Shown here piece after piece: positions 43,677 through 50,627 of a stretch of DNA of 50,627 nt (the stretch's first letter is position 1; each line of letters begins with the position of its first letter). The position numbers were made by a program, and so were the translations under genes. The stretch is from a virus. Lineage: Duplodnaviria > Caudoviricetes. The stretch spans positions 1 to 50,627 of IMG/VR virus record IMGVR_UViG_3300003369_000002; one strand, given 5' to 3'. Below the pieces are notes generated by a model, which worked only from the letters and a program-made list of their open reading frames with translations, was not told the origin of the DNA and searched no databases.

Positions 43677-46600
43677 TTATTGATTTGAATATCCTATACC
43701 ATCCATGATAGATTTTGTAATTTCACCTTTCCATTTAGTACCCAGTTTTTCTAAGTCTCGTACTGTATTCTGATCAGCATTACCTTGTACTAATACAAGA
43801 GGTTGATCAAAATGTATAACAGGTGATGAACTACCATTAGAGCTATTTGCATTTGGCATATTCATCGAAGGGAAACTAAGATTTGGTAGTTGATAATTAG
43901 GCAAAGACATCTGTGTAGTTGCCATGCTATTAAGTAAATTTACAGCTTGCTTACCATTAAAAGCTACTTCAGGATTTTCCTTAGAACCATGCAAATATCC
44001 TAAGCCTGTATAGTCGATTATACCGCCCTTAGCATGAGATCCCTGAACTGGTACATTTGCACTTAGATTAATAGTACCGTTAGCTTGCATAGCTGTTATC
44101 AACGCTTGTGCTTCTGTAAGAGATGCTATAAGATTATCCTTTACAGATTGTCCCATAGCACTCATACCAGAACCAAAACGATTTTCAAAGTCTGTGTAAG
44201 CTGCTGAAAGAGTTATCACATTACCTTCTACATCACGAATTAAGCCACTCAAAACAGCGTCTTTGGCCATCTTAGTAATTTCTTCATCAGAATAGGTTGC
44301 GTCATTGGCAGCTAATTCAGCCGCTTGTTTCGCAGCCAAATCTGTTTTAGCCTTATCAAAGGCCGCATTATTAATATCCCTTCCTCTGGCTAAAGTCATC
44401 TCATCAATTTTATCTTGCTCTGCTTTCTTGTCTAACATCAATTGAGCTAATCTAGCTTGACCACTAGCAGATGATTTATCTCTTTGAGCAGAAGTAATTG
44501 AAGCATCTATGGCGTTCATAGCTGCCTGTTCTTTCCCTAGATTCTTATTATAATCATCTGTTGTATTGTCAGCAGAATATTTAGCTTGTAATTCGTCAAG
44601 TTTCTTATTCTCAAGATCATAACGATCGGTAATAAGTTTTTTACGTTCCTCATTGGTTTTCCTCAATATTTCCATAACTTTTGATTCCGCTGAAGTAACA
44701 ACTGCAATTTGTGCATCTGCTTGTTGTTTGATTTCTAAGGTAATAGAAGATTCAGTTTCTTTCACATCAAGAAGCTTAGTATTCATATCAGCCACTTGTG
44801 CAGCTGTATAAGTTCTACTGGCAATTTCTTGATTGATATAAGCTTCTTTTTCTTTGGCAATCGCAACTTCTTCTTTAAGACTAGCTGTTATTTGCATAGA
44901 GATATTAGCCTGGTCAACACCACTAGTGGAAAGTTCCATATCATTTTTTAGAATAGATAATTTATTTGTGATTATAGCAACTCTATTATCATATCCGGTT
45001 AAATGATCTTCAAATTTCAAGTAAGGAATTTCCAACAGTTGTTGTTGAAGGTCTGCTATTTTAGCTGTAGCTTCTTCTACCTTAGACATTAATCCATCAG
45101 CACCAGAAGTATCTACACTTCCAGTAGAACCACCTAAACTAGAACCTCCACCCATAGCGGCAGTAGTTTGGACTCCTACAATTCCATCAGCTGTAAGTCC
45201 ATGAGCCTTCTGCCAAGCTTTAATTGCAGCCTTAGTTTGAGCCCCCATAATTCCATCGACATTTGCTCCAACTATTTTCTGAATTTCTGAGATAGATAAT
45301 CCACCAGATGATGAACCGGAACTTGAGCCGCCCGAATATCCAAAGCTAGAAGCGTTTGAAAGAACCTTATTTAAATAATCTTGGGTTCCTTCTCCATATC
45401 CCATAATTCCACCGTTTGTAGAACCAGCTTGATTTATTCTTGTCTTTAAATATGAAGCTAAAGCATATATTGAACTTTGAGGATCTGTTCTATCTTTAAG
45501 TCCAATTTCTTTTGCAGTACTAGCAAGGAATTGTCCAAGGCCTGTAGCACCAGATTTAGAGTTTACCGAATTTGGATTAAAGCTTGATTCTGTCTGTATT
45601 ATTCCGGCAATTAATGCTGGAGAAAGACCATTCTGAGAAGCTGCATCATTTATCCACGATGAATACTTTCCACTATAACTTCCACTTGATCCACTACTGG
45701 AACCTCCTCCCGAAGTACTTCCAGAGGCCTTAGCTGCCGCATCAGCTAATAATGCTAAACTCTTTGCGTTTGCAGTATTTACAATAATTGACTGTTTATT
45801 TAAAGCAATTTCTTGAGTAATAAGTGCTGCCTTTTTAGTCAATCCGTCAATATACTCCTGAGTTCCATGCGCTGCATTTGTTAGGGTATTTTCATTAGCT
45901 TTCATAGTATCATCTAGTGATTTTAAAGCATCTTCATAAACTTTTGATTCTGCTGTAGCTTTCTTTGTAGCTGCTGTTAATGCATCTGTAGCTGAAGTAT
46001 CAGCTTTCGTACTTGCACCAGCCTTGTCTATTCCAGGAGCTGTTATATTAGCGGAAATATTATCAAAATTTGTTGTGACAGCATTTAAAGCATCAATTTT
46101 CTTTTGTATTTCTGACGTAGCTGAGTCATTCTTAACGGCATCTTGTTGTTGATACTCCGGTACATTATATAAAGCTTCGGTTTCAGCGGTGTAGTAACTA
46201 CTCCATAATGCCGCCAAAGTTTCTACCATAGATTTCTCGATTTTTAATTTAGCTTCTGCAAGATTCTTACTATTTTCTAAATCGGTTTTTTGATCATCAG
46301 ATAAGGTATTATAATATTCTCCTAGAGCTTTTTTAACTTTGTCAGTTCCTTTAATATTATTAGAATAATACGCATCGTTAGAAGCCATCATTTGTCCATA
46401 AGTAGAATTCGCTGTATTTTTTTCTGTTTCTAAAGCTTCTGACATTTTCATATAAAGCATAGGTTCATCTTGTAGATATCCAGCAAGGTCTTGATGTTTA
46501 TCAATTATTTCTTGAACGGATTCTGCTGAGAACTTACCATTTGTTTTATAATCCTCCATGAGTTTGTTATACGAGGAGATAGATGATACAGAGGTGTCGA

Positions 46601-48369
46601 AGGCTGTAGTAAGTGTAGCCAATGCATCTTTTGAAAGACCTATTTCAGTGGTAACTTCCTTGGATGCCTTAGAGGTAAGATTTAGTCCTGTAACCCAGTC
46701 TTGAAAAGCTTGTTTTAATTCTGGACTTTGGGAAAGCGTATTATTCATTGCAGTAGATAACTTTGTAATATCAGCCTCTGATGTTTGTATGTCTTTAGTA
46801 TTGCCCGTTGCAGTTGCTTTCTCATAATTAGTAGCTGCTTTAGTAATTTCTCCAAGCTTGTCCGAATATTCACTAACAAGTTGCGCTGAAAACATTTGAT
46901 CAGTTGTGCTTTTAGCTCCCGTTAATTCATCATTGAGTTTGTGATAATTACCAGAGATGAGTCCTATAACAGTTTTTTGATCTTCTGATTTATTTTTAAT
47001 TTTGTCAGATTCATCTAGTATGGATTTTAAAATGTTTACCCTTGTTTGAAGGTCTCCGTTTACACCGTAAACTTGTCCTGCAACTTGTTCTACTCCCTTA
47101 GTAGCTCTGATTATTTTTTCTAATTCAGTGACATCAGTGGGATTTGATTTGCTTTCTGCGGATGTAGTTATGGCGGTAGCATCTGTATTTTTGAGTACAT
47201 TATTGGCATTGTTAAATTCTTTTTGATAGCTTCTAACATAATCAGCGGCTTTTTCTTTAGAAGCGTCTTGTAATATTTTAATTTGTTCCTTATATTTACC
47301 ATTAACTAAATCTAGCCCATCGGCCTCACCACCATAACTAGATATCAATTTTGTCTGTATGTCCAACAGTTGTTTTTTAGTTTCGCTATCTGTAGCTCCC
47401 GAAGCTGATAACTCTTGATACGAAGTGACCAAGTCAGAAATAGACTTTGACTCTTCTTGATATTTCTTAGCTAAATCTGCTCCATTTGATAATAATTTCT
47501 GTTGTCTTTCATCGGCTTGAGTCATCCATTGTATCAACGGAATTCCTATCATAAGTATTGCAGTTATTCCAAGGGTTAAACCTACCATAGCAAGCTGCAA
47601 CCCTTTGGCACTGGCTGCGGTTACAACTTGCATTTCGTTTAACGCGGCGTCTGCTGAAGCTTTTTCATTTGCTGCTAATGTTGCGCCAGCCGTACTCAAG
47701 GTTAATTCATCCATTCTAGCGTTCATAACTTCTTGGGTTATAACTCCAGCATCCACTTTAGCTTTTAATGCACTTTGAGCTGCTGCTAATGTATTTGTAT
47801 TCATTGAAGATAACCCCATCTTACTAGATACCGCACTCAGTATAGCGACAGACTGTTCTTCTGTTATATTTTTAGCCATAATATCCTTCTGTAGAGACCT
47901 TACAGCAGCATCGTAGACCGTAGCTGATGTAGTGCCCGCATTAAAGGAAACTCCTTTCATACCACCCAAATCTGCTGCCATTTGAAGTCCTGATAGGTTC
48001 AATTTATCAAGTGATTGAGTTAAGCTTTGTGCTTTTATGATCTTCATAGTTGCAGATATACCAGCAAGAGCCAAAGAAACTTCTCCAAGAGTTAATAAGA
48101 ATGGTGCAGCCCATGCTCCAACTTTCGCAAGGACTGTTCCTATTTCTACAAAACCTTTTAATTGTTGAGAGAGTCCAGAATCTCCGGTCGAAATATACAT
48201 TTCCTTTATCGTATTATTAAATCCTATAATCTTTTTATCCAAAGTCTCCATAGTTTTGCTTGACTTTTCAGCCGAGTAACCAATGGAATCTACAGATGCA
48301 GTAGCTGCGGTTGTATCAACCTTATCATAATTCTTAGCTAACAAATTTACCCAGTTCTTACGCATTGTA
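43677..48369 (-). CDS. Tape measure protein, 3' exon (with lytic transglycosylase and PG-binding domains)
   Basis: Long Ala-rich coiled coil; SLT motif LIAGIIQTESSFNP...GATGLGQF; DGI.G..T repeats; HAKGG...LHG....PE near the end. Confidence 0.88.
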
Positions 48370-48835
48370 CCAATATCTTTTCTTATGAACGCTACTTCAT
48401 AAAAGCAATTTCGATTTCTCTAATTGCCACATATTTTCATATGTAGTGGAGACTATTTGCTCATCCTCATTTCTAAGGAGTCAGATTTTTCCTCCGCCAA
48501 TCGCTTGCGGTTTTACTCTCCCGTTAGGAGATAGTCGTTGAACGTTCCTCTATTCGAGGATTCGCTGCATGAACATCCGTTTGTTATTTATTATAACTAG
48601 TCCTTAGCACCTAATTTATTAGGCTTTTATTTCAGCATAGACCATCCTTACGTTTTTTCTACTTTCGTACCGTTGCCATATATAGCTATTAGCTATTCTG
48701 TTTTGGTGTAAGGCTTTGGGAATTACCTGCATTTAACCTGAAACATCCACATATTACTATATAGACGGGGCTAAATAATTTATTTAAAAAATTATATTGA
48801 TAACTATATAGTCTTTTAAATAAATTATTATGTTA
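48370..48835 (-). ncRNA. Group I self-splicing intron (IA2-like, no endonuclease ORF) in tape measure gene
   Basis: On - strand: P AAAUGCAGGUAA (48734-48723), Q GUUCAUGCAGC (48574-48564), R UCAACGACUA (48541-48532), S CAAAUAGUCU (48459-48450); P3 UCAGGUU/AAUCUGA; P7.1 and P7.2 hairpins; GNRA-capped P2, P8, P9; long P1. Exact ends uncertain by a few nt. Confidence 0.9.
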
Positions 48836-50627
48836 CCCCCAAGCGTATCAAGAATTTCTGTACTTTGAATTGTATTATCTCCAAATTTATCTAATTGTGT
48901 AGAAACATCTGTAATAATTGCACCGAAATCTTTAAAATGAGTAGCATCTTTCATCACATTAATTCCGTATTTTTCTAATACAGCTAATGTTTCAGGTCTA
49001 AGTAAACGTGACTCTACAGATTTTAATGCGTCACCGATTTGTGTACCACTTGCACCTGTGGAGTCCGCAAGCGTTGCTACCATAGCATTCAAGTGTGAAA
49101 TGTCTACACCCATACTAAGGCTTGTTAGTCCAGCTTTTGATGTGGCCTGCGCAAAGTCTTCGGTGGTGGCTACTGATTTATCAGCTAAATAATTCCATTG
49201 ATCCAATACTTTTTCAGATTCAGAAAAAGGAATATTCATTTGCTTCATGGACGTAGTAAGCAAATCTGAGGCAGTAGCTGCATCTTTTATAGTACTCGTA
49301 TTTAAAGCCATAGTAACTGTTCGAGCCATAGAATTTAACTCGGCTGTATTTTGAACTCCGGCAGCAGCTAAACTAGAATAGGCGCTTTGTACCTGAGCAA
49401 GTGGTTCACCCATATCCTTAGCTATTTGTATTTGATTTTTACCAAAATCAGCTAGTTGTTGTCCAGTAACATTGAGTATTCTTGAGAGCTCATTTAGGCC
49501 AACTTCAAAATCAATATTTGTCTGAATCATGTCCTTGACAGCCGATCTCAACGCGTAGATTCCAGCAGCCGCAGCAGCGTAAACTCCGGACACCTTAAAT
49601 CTATCTGTCATAGAAGATCCGGCATTACTACTTGACATTGCTAGATTAGCTTCCCCACTTATTTGCGCTAATTGTTTTGACATTTGATTATATTGAGACG
49701 TTTGACTTTTTTCCTGTGTATATAACTTCAATTCAGCTAAGGACTGTTTTTCAGTAGACGCTGCCAATTTAACTCTAGCTGCATATTCAGATTCAAGATT
49801 TTTATTATTTATAGCTGCATCGGTCTTACCTTGTGCCAATCTTTCAGTTTCTCTTGCACGAGTCGTTTTAGCAATAGCATCTCCAATTAAAGCTTCTTCC
49901 TTAGCTTCTTGTTGAAGAGTTGCTGTTTGTTGTCCACTTAAAGCTTTTGCTCTATCTTGAATATTTATATTAGACTGAGTATGAACTCTTCCCATAGCTT
50001 CAGCCAGGCTTAAATTGTCTTTATATTGAGTTTCTAAATCTTTATTATTTATGGCTGCACTGGCATTTCCCTGTTTGGTAACTTCTGCTTGTACCTTTTT
50101 ATTTGAAGATGCGAAAGCTTTATCAGTAGCTTCAGTTTGTTTTATTTGAGCCGCTGTAATTTTATCTGCTTCTGTTCTGTATTTCGTTCCTTGAGTTGTG
50201 GCAGAATCTAAGGCCTTCCCCTGTAATCCATATTTTTCAATAACCTTATTTACTTCTGTCTCCATTCCGTTCATAACATTAACATTTGCCTTTTGGTCTG
50301 CTGATAGGTTTTTATAAGCTGTTGATATTTTAGTTAATTTAGCCGAAGCGTCATCTGTAGTTACTTTGCTAGTGGGGTTGTATCCCTCTAATTTCCCTTG
50401 AGCGTCAAAGATAGCTTTTAAATTTTCAACTACTTTCTTACCAGATTTATCATAGGAAGTAGACATCTTATTAGATGCTATTTCTTGATTTTTAGCACTT
50501 TCAAGAGCTTTTGTTCCTATATCGTTAAAAGTCTGAGTTATAACTGGTGTCATTTCTTTTGCTTTAATTTGAATAGAATTAAATGATTTCAACATTGAGT
50601 CTATTGAAGATTTTAATTTAGAAGAAT
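48836..50627 (-). CDS. Tape measure protein, 5' exon (start outside window)
   Basis: TP901-type tape measure core (IDFEVGLNELSR, VLDQWN.LAD, TGASG.QIGDALKS..SR, DF..I..D); frame open to window edge. Confidence 0.88.

Noticed and set aside
2185-43708. Opposite-strand or nested ORFs from the track (e.g. 2185..2460, 4360..4590, 11314..11664, 18028..18210, 34620..35078, 40418..40615, 40945..41268)
   Set aside because: They overlap well-supported genes, lack convincing RBSs and have shadow-frame composition.
48366-48835. Tape measure break as pseudogene or assembly error
   Set aside because: The intervening sequence has a full group I intron core, which explains the split; the last 16 residues of the 48784..50595 ORF are intron read-through.
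1-50627. Stop-codon reassignment (TAG read as sense)
   Set aside because: Conserved genes are full length in the standard code and nrdG ends properly at TAG; only one isolated candidate read-through.
1-50627. tRNA or rRNA genes
   Set aside because: No cloverleaf or rRNA-like sequence seen in the intergenic gaps; a tRNAscan run would be needed to exclude them formally.

Overview
Low-GC (roughly 30%) segment of a large temperate tailed phage or phage-plasmid of an anaerobic Firmicute (Clostridia-like host is an inference), organised like SPbeta/c-st-type phages. The left 30 kb, mostly + strand, is the early/replication arm: 3' part of dnaE, a SleB-like hydrolase, a parM-parR partition operon with iterons, a GHKL ATPase, recJ, a DNA methyltransferase, nrdDG, dut, Gam-like, gmk, a 5'(3')-deoxyribonucleotidase, thyX, recU, HNH endonucleases, about 45 short hypothetical genes, and a large serine integrase followed by an attP-like palindrome. 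The right 20 kb, - strand, is the late arm: tape measure gene split by an ORF-less group I intron, Dit, tail spike/fibre genes, a lipoprotein moron, a tyrosine recombinase, holins and a GH25 endolysin. Most notable signal: about 24 palindromic sites TARAA-N6-TTYTA, each with a different 6-bp core, sit at gene boundaries, often supply the stop codon, and bracket single small genes like cassettes. With an apparently intact tyrosine recombinase in the same genome, this suggests an integron/pdif-like gene-cassette system (inference; a repressor or antitermination site is the alternative). Also seen: a separate strand-oriented 13-mer TAAATARTATTRT (about 17 copies, stoperator-like) and an intron splice junction that cannot be both canonical and in frame in the expected way. 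All calls are by eye from motifs; no database searches were run.
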